64,000 nucleotides of DNA from Candidatus Acidiferrum sp. (GTDB lineage Bacteria; Acidobacteriota; Terriglobia; Terriglobales; Acidobacteriaceae). The position numbers and the translations under genes are program-made. This document shows, piece after piece, positions 48,217 to 56,817 of this stretch. Below the pieces are notes generated by a model. It saw nothing but the letters and a program-made list of their open reading frames with translations, ran no database searches and was not told the origin of the DNA. Every line of letters begins with the position of its first letter. Positions within the stretch are counted from its first letter, which is position 1. The DNA lies in the NCBI GenBank assembly GCA_035602195.1, contig DATNMU010000216.1, forward strand, positions 4,853-68,852, given 5' to 3'.

Positions 48217-48732
48217 CTACTTCGTGACTACGCCGCAGGCGATTCGATCGCCGGAAGCGCCGGCAGGATCGGTCTTGTAATCGTCGGCTTTAGCGTGGAT
48301 TACGATGGCGGTGCCGCCGTTGCTAAAGAGCGAGTGGGCATCACTGCCGAGGGTTACATCTGTGTCCTCGAGTTTGGCGTTGGCTTTGCCTTTTGCGTCA
48401 ACGGTAAAGTTTTTCATGTCGCCGGCGTGGTGGCCTTCGGGATTATCGAATCCGTGCTTCTTGCTGTCAGGATTGAAATGGGAGCCAGCGGATTTGAAAT
48501 CCGGGGGATCGCACTTGGGATTCTGATGGAAGTGAATGGCGTGCTCGCCGGGGGGAAGATTGTGAAGGTGAAGCTGGAGGCCGACCCCGGATTTTTCTTC
48601 CCATAAAGTGATTGAGCCGACGGGTTTGCCCTGGGCGTCTTTGAGTTCGACTGAGGTTTTGGCGGCGCTGGGGAGCGCGGCGAAAGCCAGAATCACACTG
48701 AGGGCGATGAGGGAGTGCGCTGGATGTTTCAT
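48217..48732 (-). CDS. sodC: Periplasmic Cu/Zn superoxide dismutase
   Basis: Signal peptide MKHPAHSLIALSVILAFAALPSAAK. HAIHFHQNPKCD, GSHFNP, HHAGDMKNF, AIVIHAKADDYKTDPAGASGDRIACGVV. Confidence 0.92.
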   Translation of the reverse strand: MKHPAHSLIALSVILAFAALPSAAKTSVELKDAQGKPVGSITLWEEKSGVGLQLHLHNLPPGEHAIHFHQNPKCDPPDFKSAGSHFNPDSKKHGFDNPEGHHAGDMKNFTVDAKGKANAKLEDTDVTLGSDAHSLFSNGGTAIVIHAKADDYKTDPAGASGDRIACGVVTK

Positions 48733-48847
48733 GCGGGGAATTATAGTCACTTCCTGCGCGGCATGCACCTATGGGCCATGCTAAATTCACAGGGTGGTGG
48801 AGTATACTGCGGGAAAGTTTGGAATTCTTTTCGGGAAAAGTGCAATC

Positions 48848-49141
48848 ATGGCTTTGAATGCGGTGGAGCAGGTGACGGATAAGGTTCCGGCAGACGATTT
48901 TGAGGCGCTGGAAGACAAAGTTTATCGCACTATCGAGAGGTACAAGGCGGCGCGGCAGGCGCAGGCGGCGGCGGAGCGCGATGCGCAGCGGGCGCGGCAG
49001 CAACTGGAAGAGCGCGACGAGCAGTTGGTGGTGTTGCGGCGCGAAGCGGTGCAGTTGAGGAAAGAGCGGGAAGAGATTCGCGGGCGCGTGGAAAAGATGC
49101 TGGAGCAGATTGAAGCGATTGCGGAGGAGCGGGCGAGTTAG
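48848..49141 (+). CDS. ZapB-like coiled-coil cell-division protein
   Basis: MALNAVEQVTDKVPADDFEALEDKVYRTIERYKAARQAQAAAERD...; an all-helical heptad-rich sequence directly upstream of zapA. Confidence 0.55.
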   Translation: MALNAVEQVTDKVPADDFEALEDKVYRTIERYKAARQAQAAAERDAQRARQQLEERDEQLVVLRREAVQLRKEREEIRGRVEKMLEQIEAIAEERAS

Positions 49142-49252
49142 TAAATTTGGCGATTGGGCGATTGGGTAATCTGGCGATTGAAACCGGGATCTGTGGCTGG
49201 CTTTCAATTACTAAATCACCCGATCTCCAAATTACTCAAGGGTTGGTGAAAT

Positions 49253-49594
49253 ATGGCTACGGCTGCTAAGGATTCGACGGTGAAGGATGCGCAGAACGGC
49301 AGCGTGCGGGTGGAGATTTTCGATCAGGCGTATAACCTGCGGGGATCCGATCCGGATTATATTTCGAAGCTGGCGGAGTATGTGGACGCGAAGATGCGGG
49401 CGGTGGCCGAGGCGACGAATACGATCGATACGGTGCGGCTGGCGGTGCTGGCGGCGCTCAATATTGCGGATGAGTATCATCTTTTGAAGCGGACGAAGGA
49501 TACTGGGGCAACCGATTACCAGAAGCGCGCGCATCTATTAGCAGATGCGCTGGATGAAGTGCTGGGCGAGAACGAAAACCGCAAGGCGAGCTAG
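49253..49594 (+). CDS. zapA: Cell division protein ZapA
   Basis: VRVEIFDQAYNLRGSDPDYISKLAEYVDAKMRAVAEATNTIDTVRLAVLAALNIADEY is the typical ZapA pattern. Confidence 0.85.
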   Translation: MATAAKDSTVKDAQNGSVRVEIFDQAYNLRGSDPDYISKLAEYVDAKMRAVAEATNTIDTVRLAVLAALNIADEYHLLKRTKDTGATDYQKRAHLLADALDEVLGENENRKAS

Positions 49595-50570
49595 CCTGAG
49601 GCGGGGCGGAGTTCATCTTCTCTTGTTGTTGGCGCTGCTGACGGGCAGCGCACTTTCTCAAGAAACAACTCTTCATAGTCAATCGAATGTGGTGGTGATT
49701 CCCGCGCTGGTGAAGAGCGCGCAGGGCGAAATTGTGTATGGGCTTGAGGCAAAAGACTTCGTCGTGGAGGATGACGGGGTGGAGCAGGCGGTGCATCTGG
49801 ATGAGGTGACCGAAGGGCAACCGGTGGCGATGGTGGTTGCGATTCAGCGGGGGAGGCGTGCGGATTACGAGTTTCCGCGAATGCGCGGGCTGAGTGCGAT
49901 GCTCGATCCGCTGATGGCCGAGGGGCGTGGGTCGGTGGCGATTGTGGAGTTCGACAGCGCGGTCAAGACGGAGCAGGATTTTACGGCGAGTCCAGAAAAA
50001 ATTGCTTGGACGCTGCGGGATTTGCAGCCGGGCGATGGCGGCGCGGCGATTCTGGATGCGGTGGATTATTCGGTGAAGCTGCTGGAGCAGGTTCCGAAAG
50101 AGCGGCAGCGGGTGCTGTTGCTGATCAGCGAGACGCGCGACCACGGGAGCCAGGCCAAGGTGGAGGATGTGGTGGCAAATATTGGGCAGAGCAGCACGGC
50201 GGTTTATGCGCTGGTGTTTTCTCCGTCGCGGTCGAATATTCTGGATACGATGCGGGGAAATAATAAGAACGAGATGAATCCGTCGCCGGATCTGTTGGCG
50301 CCGCTGATCATGGCGGCGCAGGCGATGAAGAAAAATATGCCGAAGACGGTGGCATCGATGACGGGTGGCGAGTATGAGATGTTTGCCACGGGAAAGAATT
50401 TCGATTTGCGGATGATCGATTTCAGCAATCATTTGCGCAGCCGGTATTTGTTGAGCATACAGCCGAAGTCGCCGCACGCGGGATTGCATGAGTTGCGGGT
50501 GAGGCTGCGGGATGCAGGCAGCCGGACGGTGCTGGCGCGAAGCAGTTACTGGGCGGCGGGGGCCAAGTGA
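49554..50570 (+). CDS. Secreted VWFA-domain protein (acidobacterial VWFA-related family)
   Basis: Signal peptide ...RRGGVHLLLLLALLTGSALSQE. NVVVIPALVKSAQGEIVYGLEAKDFVVEDDGVEQ..., ISETRDHGS, YALVFSPS. The start (49545 or 49554) overlaps the zapA 3' end. Confidence 0.8.
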   Translation: MKCWARTKTARRASLRRGGVHLLLLLALLTGSALSQETTLHSQSNVVVIPALVKSAQGEIVYGLEAKDFVVEDDGVEQAVHLDEVTEGQPVAMVVAIQRGRRADYEFPRMRGLSAMLDPLMAEGRGSVAIVEFDSAVKTEQDFTASPEKIAWTLRDLQPGDGGAAILDAVDYSVKLLEQVPKERQRVLLLISETRDHGSQAKVEDVVANIGQSSTAVYALVFSPSRSNILDTMRGNNKNEMNPSPDLLAPLIMAAQAMKKNMPKTVASMTGGEYEMFATGKNFDLRMIDFSNHLRSRYLLSIQPKSPHAGLHELRVRLRDAGSRTVLARSSYWAAGAK

Positions 50571-50603
50571 CCGCCGCTGTGTAGGAATGAATCGAGTGTG
50601 AAA

Positions 50604-50858
50604 TTAATGCGTTGCGGAGTTCATTTTACTTTTGGTCTTGCCGTTCATTGAAGCAGTCACGCAGTGCTCGGCTTTATCCAAAAGAATTTCCAACTCCAGG
50701 GCGAAGTTGCGGCGGGATTGCGCCTGCAATCTCCATTGATCTTGAACTGGTGCACAGACGCGCGGGACTAACGACTCGAAGCGCTCTACCGCGCGCGTGA
50801 AGTAGTCAATATCGGTTTTGAGCAGTCGAAGGAATTCAGCGTCGCCAATTGCGGACAT
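50604..50858 (-). CDS. Hypothetical 84-aa protein
   Basis: MSAIGDAEFLRLLKTDIDYFTRAVERFESLVPRV...; lies in the lower-GC accessory stretch. No recognised family. Confidence 0.35.
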   Translation of the reverse strand: MSAIGDAEFLRLLKTDIDYFTRAVERFESLVPRVCAPVQDQWRLQAQSRRNFALELEILLDKAEHCVTASMNGKTKSKMNSATH

Positions 50859-51125
50859 GAAACACCTCCAAGTGCGGCAGCAATGTTAGAGGTAGCAATT
50901 CCCTTGCCAAGACGAAGGCATTTTGGCAGGAGGAAAGAAGTGCCGTCTTTTCAGGCTGCTAGAACCGTCTCGCTGGTGATGTGAAGAAAGTTGCGACCGG
51001 CGATAGCGTGGTGGGGGATGTAAGAATTTCGGCGACGGGCGGCGAGCATCGCGTGTGAAATATATGGCCCATTTTATCTTCGGAGGATTGTCTCTCAGGG
51101 ACGAGTGGAGGGTTTGTTGGGCAGG

Positions 51126-51257
51126 GTGCGGCCCTCCTTAAAGTAACTTGATTTACTGCTACGGCGGTACGACAATAACACTGTTACCTTGGCAGGGTAT
51201 TGATTTATAGCTTCTCGCGACGGCCTCGGAAATTCCGGGGCCCTTTGCATTTTTAGG
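51126..51257 (+). repeat. Direct repeat copy 1 (about 120-130 bp), partner at 51879-51996
   Basis: Both copies start gtgcggccctccttaaagtaac and end ttctcgcgacggcctcgga[ag]attccggggcc[cg]tttgcatttt. The middle is more diverged. Stops in all three forward frames near the 5' end; the other strand was not checked. Confidence 0.85.
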
Positions 51258-51281
51258 CCTGCTTGCGTGTGAGAAGCAATT

Positions 51282-51584
51282 CTAGAGACGCTGTCTCCAA
51301 TACCCCGGTCTTCTTCTGCTGTGAGCCACGGCTACGATGTTCACGAGTTCTGCGGTGTCGAGATAGACAATGTAGAACGGGAAACGGCCGAGGACAAAGC
51401 GCCTGGTGCCGTGAAGGTATTTGGGCCAGCGATGTGGAGCGTCGCAGATGCTTTCAATCGCATTGAAAACGGCGACGACGAAATCTGTGCTGGCTTGGGC
51501 GCTCCGTTGCGCGTACCACTCGTCTCCGCCTTCGATTTCCAGCCATGACAGCGGATGGAGACGATAAGGCTTACTTCTTGCCAT
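51282..51584 (-). CDS. RelE/ParE-family toxin
   Basis: 100 aa. YRLHPLSWLEIEGGDEWYAQRSAQASTDFVVAVFNAIESICDAPHRWPKY..RRFVLGRFPFYIVYLDTAELVNIVAVAHSRRRPGYW. Confidence 0.8.
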   Translation of the reverse strand: MARSKPYRLHPLSWLEIEGGDEWYAQRSAQASTDFVVAVFNAIESICDAPHRWPKYLHGTRRFVLGRFPFYIVYLDTAELVNIVAVAHSRRRPGYWRQRL

Positions 51585-51831
51585 TGGACAGCCGCGCCAA
51601 CAGGCGTCGATGAACTTCCTCGCCGGGGATCATTTCGACGCGACCGGACTCGATATCTTCGACGCGGCGCTTGATTTCTTCTGACCACGCCTCCTCAACA
51701 CCTTCCTCGGCTGGGTCATTGTCAAGGCTTTCGATGAGGCGGTCGATGATGAGGCCGCGGTCCTGGGTGGAGAGCGCCAGCGCTTTTTCGAGCACTTCGG
51801 AAACCTGCGGCGTTAGTTGCGGCATGGGCAC
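51571..51831 (-). CDS. Addiction-module antitoxin (TIGR02574-like)
   Basis: LALSTQDRGLIIDRLIESLD...VEEAWSEEIKRRVEDIESGRVEMIPGEEV is a characteristic pattern. 14-nt overlap with the toxin gene. Confidence 0.8.
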   Translation of the reverse strand: MPMPQLTPQVSEVLEKALALSTQDRGLIIDRLIESLDNDPAEEGVEEAWSEEIKRRVEDIESGRVEMIPGEEVHRRLLARLSNGKK

Positions 51832-51878
51832 CTCGCTGAGGCTATTTTACAGCGGATGGCAAGTGATTCGCGGGCGGA

Positions 51879-51996
51879 GTGCGGCCCTCCTTAAAGTAAC
51901 TGGATTTGTGGCGGTATTGTCTGGATAATGATAGTGACCTTGAAGGGGTGCCGATTTATTGGTTCTCGCGACGGCCTCGGAGATTCCGGGGCCGTT
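51879..51996 (+). repeat. Direct repeat copy 2 (partner of 51126-51257)
   Basis: See 51126-51257. Together the two copies bracket the ParE-type TA pair. Confidence 0.85.
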
Positions 51997-52051
51997 TGCA
52001 TTTTCAGAAAGCGGGAAAATCGCGATCGTCGTTTGAAAAAGCGAGAAGCGG

Positions 52052-52212
52052 GGCACCCGGCATCGAATCTCGGCAAAGCATCTTCCGGCCTACCTTGACG
52101 AAATGACGTGGCGATTTAACAACCGCAAGAACCCGTTCCTATTTCGCGATACGATGCTGAAACTCATTTTTCTGACAACCTCGGATACAAGGAACTCACT
52201 AAGGCTGCTTAG
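52052..52212 (+). mobile_element. IS1595-family transposase C-terminal remnant (frameshifted pseudogene fragment)
   Basis: One frame reads GTRHRISAKHLPAYLDEMTWRFNNRKNPFLFRDTMLKLIF, matching the conserved KHL..YLDE..FR.NNR tail of ISXO2-like transposases. After a 1-nt slip in a T-run the reading continues SDNLGYKELTKAA*. No upstream DDE domain is present. Confidence 0.55.
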
Positions 52213-53378
52213 GTTAGTGGCAGCCAACTACACTCTTTGAGAATCGAATCAATTTCGGGCATCCTCGAATTTTCGTTGTCGATAACAGAGTCAGCTAGGG
52301 TGAGACGTTCGTACAGGTAGTATCTGTAAGGATGAACCGCGTCGGCGTGCGCCCCAGTGTAAGGTTTATCTACGGAGGCCCGCAATGTAAGCACGGCCAG
52401 TTTGTCCGCAAAGTCTTTCCCGAAACGTTCGCGCATCTGCCAAAAGTAGTACGACATCCCATTCCCACGGTCAGGGCAAACAGGCTTCTCGTTCTCAGCA
52501 AGAGGTCTATTCCAGTAGCTATGGTTTAGGTACTGAACTATCACCACGCTCGTCATCCATCGGTATGACCGATCCATTGCCGCCGGCGTGTGGCCGGATT
52601 CCAAGAACTGTTGTGGGGTCATCTGCTCGAGATTGGGCGGCATGGGCGGCGGCGGTTCGTAAGTGAAACGTCCAACCACGAATGACAGGAATGCCTCAGT
52701 AATCTTGGTTTGTTTATCCAAAGCCCCTTGTTGCAGCGTGAATTGGTTGTAGTAGTACTTATTGTCACCTTGGCTGTTGAATGACCATCCCTCCCCTTTG
52801 GAATTTTTCGTATCTACGCCTATAGGCGGAAGGTCATCGGGAATGGGAAGTCCCAGAGGTCCGAAACTCCTTAAATAACGAGCCACCCCGTTTATATCGT
52901 TTGTGATCCTTTTCTTCCGTTCAGGAGTCAATAGGGCGGCGTCTTTGAACATGAGATGGACAACAGGGGGAACTGTGGGAGTTCTGACACTTTCCTCTTT
53001 GCTGGCAAGTCCGGATTGAGGGCGAGAGGTAACCGTCTGAGATGTGGTGGGCGAGGCGCCCACACCCGGCCTCGCCTCCGACTCGGTATGCTGTTCCGTC
53101 TTCTTTTCTTCGGAAGGAGTTATCCAGATCGCTATCCCGCTATAAGTTAGGCCAACCACACAAAACATCAATAGCCCTCTCCACACCTTCCACTTTGTAG
53201 GCGCGTCCATTACCCAGTCATTACCTACGGCTATAAACAGAGTCATCAGACCGGCCACAAACAATAAGCCGTACAGCCATCCGCCTTTCAACTTGCCCGC
53301 CTTGTCGAGCACGACGAGCAGGATGGCAAGGACGATACCCGCCACTCCAATGCAATCCGATGACGACACCTTATCCAT
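52209..53378 (-). CDS. Hypothetical membrane-anchored protein (3 N-terminal TM helices, S/T/P-rich linker, about 250-aa unknown domain)
   Basis: 389-aa uninterrupted ORF in clearly lower-GC DNA. IGVAGIVLAILLVVL, WLYGLLFVAGLMTLFIAV and LLMFCVVGLTYSGIAIWI, then a Trp/Tyr-rich globular part. No recognised family. Confidence 0.6.
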   Translation of the reverse strand: MDKVSSSDCIGVAGIVLAILLVVLDKAGKLKGGWLYGLLFVAGLMTLFIAVGNDWVMDAPTKWKVWRGLLMFCVVGLTYSGIAIWITPSEEKKTEQHTESEARPGVGASPTTSQTVTSRPQSGLASKEESVRTPTVPPVVHLMFKDAALLTPERKKRITNDINGVARYLRSFGPLGLPIPDDLPPIGVDTKNSKGEGWSFNSQGDNKYYYNQFTLQQGALDKQTKITEAFLSFVVGRFTYEPPPPMPPNLEQMTPQQFLESGHTPAAMDRSYRWMTSVVIVQYLNHSYWNRPLAENEKPVCPDRGNGMSYYFWQMRERFGKDFADKLAVLTLRASVDKPYTGAHADAVHPYRYYLYERLTLADSVIDNENSRMPEIDSILKECSWLPLT

Positions 53379-53648
53379 CGCGCAGTCCTCCCAAAGGCGG
53401 ATGGTACGCCGCGTGCAATCCCTGCGTCAAACGCACATCCCGCTTATATTCATTTTGTTTTCTGATACTTATAGGCAACGAGGTCGGAACAATAGCGGCG
53501 AACACGCGGCGAATAAAGGACTGGATTTGGCGGCGTCTCCCGCCTCAGCGGCTGAGGCCGGATTCTTTTTGTGCTCGGCTTTCGGCACGATTGAAATCGT
53601 GCCCTTCCCGGTTGCGAAAAATATGGACCCGAGCGGGGCGAGGCGGAT

Positions 53649-53690
53649 TCAAAATCAAAATCAAAATCAAAGTCAAAGGCAACGGCAACG
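53649..53690. repeat. Hexanucleotide microsatellite (tcaaaa x3, tcaaag x2, gcaacg x2)
   Basis: tcaaaatcaaaatcaaaatcaaagtcaaaggcaacggcaacg. It is followed by family B hairpins (53719-53840). Confidence 0.9.
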
Positions 53691-53874
53691 GACAGGAGTG
53701 TCCGTTCCACACGAGCGGGGCGTCGCTGCGCGACGCGGACAGCCGGGGGCGGCTGTCCCCACACTTGCCGTGCCGAGGGCGGCTGTCCCTACATGTGCTG
53801 TGGTGAGGGATGCACGGGCGGGTCGCCCGTGCCCACACGGTTTGCGGCGCTAGCTAGGCGATCAGTTAGCGGTG

Positions 53875-54921
53875 TTAGTTCAGGAAGTATTGGCGGTAGA
53901 GGGTGTCGCGCTGGGCGGGGCGGAAGCCGGCGTCGCGGATGATGCGGCGGAGTTCTTCTTCGGTGGTGCAGTTGGTGACGCCGGCGGCGCGGACTACGTT
54001 TTCTTCGACCATGACCGACCCGACATCGTTGCCGCCGAAGCGGAGGCCCATCTGGCAGACTTTGAGGCCTTGCGTCACCCAGCTCGATTGCACGTTCAGG
54101 AAGTTCGAGAGATAGAGGCGCGAGATGGCGAGGACTTTTAGATATTCGACGGCGGTGGCTTCGTCCCAGTGACGGCCGCCGAGGGCGGTGTGTTGCGGCT
54201 GGAAGCTCCAGGGGATGAAGGCAGTGAAGCCGCCGGTTTCTTCCTGAAGATCGTAGAGCGCCTGCAGATGGTTGATGCGGTGCTCGTAATTTTCGCCGAC
54301 GCCGAACATCATGGTGGCGGTGGTGCGCATGCCGAGCTGGTGGGCGGTGCGGTGGACGTTGATCCAATCGGCGGTGAGGCATTTGAGGCGGGCAATCTTG
54401 TAGCGGACTTCGTCGTCGAGAATTTCAGCGCCGCCGCCGGGGATGGAATCGAGTCCGGCATCGCGCAGGCGGAGGATGGTGTCGCGGATGCTGAGAGAGC
54501 TGTATTCGGCGATGGCGATGATTTCGGATGCGGAGTAGCAATGCAGATGGATTTGCGGGAAGCGATCTTTGATTCCGCGCAGCATTTTTTCGTGCCAGTC
54601 GATTTTGAGGTCGGGATGAAGGCCGCCTTGCATGAGGACGCCGGTGCCTCCGAGTTCGACGGTCTCGCGGATTTTTTCGTAGATGGTGTCGAACTCGAGG
54701 ATGTAGCCCTCTTTGGCGGCGGGGCCTTTCAGGGGGCGGTAGAAGGCGCAGAAGGTGCAGTACTCGGTGCAGAAGTTGGTGTAGTTGATGTTGCGGTCGA
54801 TGATGTAGGTGACGGTGCCCTCGGGGTGAAGGGAGCGACGGAGCGAGTCGGCTTCCATGCCGATGCCGATCAGGTCGTCGGAGTGGAAGAGGTCGAGGGC
54901 TTGGGATTTGGTAAGGGACAT
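53875..54921 (-). CDS. mqnC: Radical-SAM cyclic dehypoxanthinyl futalosine synthase (MqnC; MqnC/MqnE family)
   Basis: 348 aa. VTYIIDRNINYTNFCTEYCTFCAFYRP (CxxxCxxC), GGTGVLMQGGLHP, SIPGGGAEIL, TATMMFG. Confidence 0.8.
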   Translation of the reverse strand: MSLTKSQALDLFHSDDLIGIGMEADSLRRSLHPEGTVTYIIDRNINYTNFCTEYCTFCAFYRPLKGPAAKEGYILEFDTIYEKIRETVELGGTGVLMQGGLHPDLKIDWHEKMLRGIKDRFPQIHLHCYSASEIIAIAEYSSLSIRDTILRLRDAGLDSIPGGGAEILDDEVRYKIARLKCLTADWINVHRTAHQLGMRTTATMMFGVGENYEHRINHLQALYDLQEETGGFTAFIPWSFQPQHTALGGRHWDEATAVEYLKVLAISRLYLSNFLNVQSSWVTQGLKVCQMGLRFGGNDVGSVMVEENVVRAAGVTNCTTEEELRRIIRDAGFRPAQRDTLYRQYFLN

Positions 54922-55172
54922 GAGGGTACAGATTCATTCTAGCGGAGCGCGGGGGATGGGGCCAAGGGCTGAGGGATTCAACACGTCACGGACAAAATCT
55001 TTTTACCACTAAGGGCGCGAAGGTTCACGAAGGAAAGCCGCTGGTGAATATCCGCTGGAGATCCCCTTCGACTTCGCTCAGGGCAGGCTCTCGCTTCGCC
55101 TGAAGAACGGCTGCGCTCGGGATGACGCAGCCGTTTTTTAGCTCACACCATTTCCTGTAAATCATTCCCCCG

Positions 55173-55778
55173 CTATTTTTTCTTCATGCGAAGGTATTGG
55201 ATCAGGGAGAGGATTGCGCCGATGACTGCTAGGCCGATCAGGATTGCCAGCGCGGGTTTGTAGTATCGGTCGAAGAAACGGAGGATGTGGGTGCCGTAGT
55301 GAAAGCCGAGGAAGGCTGCGATGGTGTAGCGAACGCCTCGTCCCAGGGTGAGGGATTCCAAGAATTTCGCGCGCGGATATTGGCCGGCGCCGGCTGCGAT
55401 CAGAAATGGGACGAAGGGGAATGGGGGCGGCATGATGGCGGGGATGGCGACGGCGAAGAATCCCCAGCGCTCGAAGGCCTTGGAGACCTGTTTCGCTCTT
55501 TTCCGGGAGAGTTTGCGCTCCATGGTTTCTTTTCCGCCTTTGTGGGCGAGCGCATAAGTAATGTAGCCGCCGATGACTGCGCCGAGCGTGGCCATGAATG
55601 CGTAGTAGGGCCAGGGTTCGCGATGGCGGGCGGCGAGCCAGATGGTGAGGACGTCCATGCTACCGGTGAGGGGGATGACGGAATTGTCGGCGACGCCGAG
55701 CAGGACGAGGCCGGGCCCACCGAGGCGGCGAAGCTTGTGCCAGATGGGCACGGCGAGCAGTGGATCGAAGTGAAGCAT
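55173..55778 (-). CDS. YqaA/DedA-type (VTT domain) membrane protein
   Basis: 201 aa, polytopic. LLGVADNSVIPLTGSMDVL..., ERWGFFAVAIPAIMPPPFPFVPFLIAAG. Confidence 0.65.
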   Translation of the reverse strand: MLHFDPLLAVPIWHKLRRLGGPGLVLLGVADNSVIPLTGSMDVLTIWLAARHREPWPYYAFMATLGAVIGGYITYALAHKGGKETMERKLSRKRAKQVSKAFERWGFFAVAIPAIMPPPFPFVPFLIAAGAGQYPRAKFLESLTLGRGVRYTIAAFLGFHYGTHILRFFDRYYKPALAILIGLAVIGAILSLIQYLRMKKK

Positions 55779-55824
55779 TCAGGTTTGAAGGAGTGTACAG
55801 GGGATGCGCTAGATCGCGCTATAT

Positions 55825-56778
55825 CTAGATCGCGCTACACAAGCTTTCGTTCACGTTGAGAAAGCGCATTTCGGGAGCGGGGGGCAAGGCTCCGATCTCG
55901 GCGGCGTAGCGATAGAAGAGTTGGAGACCTTCGAGGCAAGCGGGATCGAGGTGGTAGTAGATGTTTTCGGTGAGGTAAGAACGGACGTTCGCTTCGGTGA
56001 GGGCCAGGCGTGGGGCCCATTCGCGGCAGATTTGGTCGAGGCTTGCGGGTTCGAGGCCGTGGTCGCGGGATTGCTGGAAGATTGCGGCCAGGTCTTGGGC
56101 GGGGAGAACAGCGTCGCTGCGCGACGCGGACAGCCGGGGGCGGCTGTCCCCACATGAGGCCTCCTCACATCGGGCCTGCTCATATACGTCATCTCCACGC
56201 AAGGCATCTTCCTGCAGGGCTTGACGGCGGACCGCCCAGAAGGCGAAGACGAAGGGCTTGCCGGTGTGGCGAATCCACTCTTCGGCGAGATCGAGGGTGA
56301 AGTAACGCGAGCGGTCGATCTGCAGGGCGGGATCGCCGATGAGCAATCCGGCATCGTGAGAGGCGAGCATTTTGTCGATGTCGGGGGGCAAAGAAGTGAA
56401 GGTTCGGCCGCCGCCGAGCCATTTTTCGAACAATATTTTCGTCAGAGCGACCGAGGTCATGGAAGAAGTGTCCAGGGCGATGGTGCGAATTTTTTCGAGC
56501 GGTTGATTGCTGACCAGCAAGATGGAGCGAACCGGACGGCGGGAGGCGATGGCTACGCCGGGCAGCACTGAGAGGCCGGGGACTTGAGCGTAAGCGGCGG
56601 CGGGGATGATGCCGATGTCGGCGGTTCCGGCCGCGAGTTCGCGGGCGCAGGATGAGGGCAGAGTGTAGGAAATGTCGAAGTCGCGGGCCAGGTCGTGTTC
56701 GGGGTTGCGGTGTTCGAAATCCCACATCAGGGGAGCGGTGTTGAGGTAGGAGATCGCAGAGATGCGTAGACGTCTCAT
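55825..56778 (-). CDS. mqnA: Chorismate dehydratase MqnA (futalosine pathway) with an in-frame family B repeat insertion
   Basis: MRRLRISAISYLNTAPLMWDFEH..., GTADIGIIPAAAY, LLIGDPAL, KPFVFAFWAVR. The central CGDSRPRLSASRSDA is encoded by the repeat element. Confidence 0.82.
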   Translation of the reverse strand: MRRLRISAISYLNTAPLMWDFEHRNPEHDLARDFDISYTLPSSCARELAAGTADIGIIPAAAYAQVPGLSVLPGVAIASRRPVRSILLVSNQPLEKIRTIALDTSSMTSVALTKILFEKWLGGGRTFTSLPPDIDKMLASHDAGLLIGDPALQIDRSRYFTLDLAEEWIRHTGKPFVFAFWAVRRQALQEDALRGDDVYEQARCEEASCGDSRPRLSASRSDAVLPAQDLAAIFQQSRDHGLEPASLDQICREWAPRLALTEANVRSYLTENIYYHLDPACLEGLQLFYRYAAEIGALPPAPEMRFLNVNESLCSAI

Positions 56779-56817
56779 TCCTGTTTTGATTTTAGCAGAG
56801 GGATTTCGACGGGGGTT

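Noticed and set aside
49458-50489. 343-aa minus-strand ORF
   Set aside because: It is antisense to the VWFA gene and zapA. It has an extreme Arg/His/Gln/Pro bias and no motifs.
51126-51996. Integron-type gene cassette (attC sites) around the ParE TA pair
   Set aside because: I could not find the R''/L''-L'/R' (RYYYAAC...GTTRRRY) symmetry in the repeats. They are direct rather than imperfect palindromes, and no intI gene is in the window.
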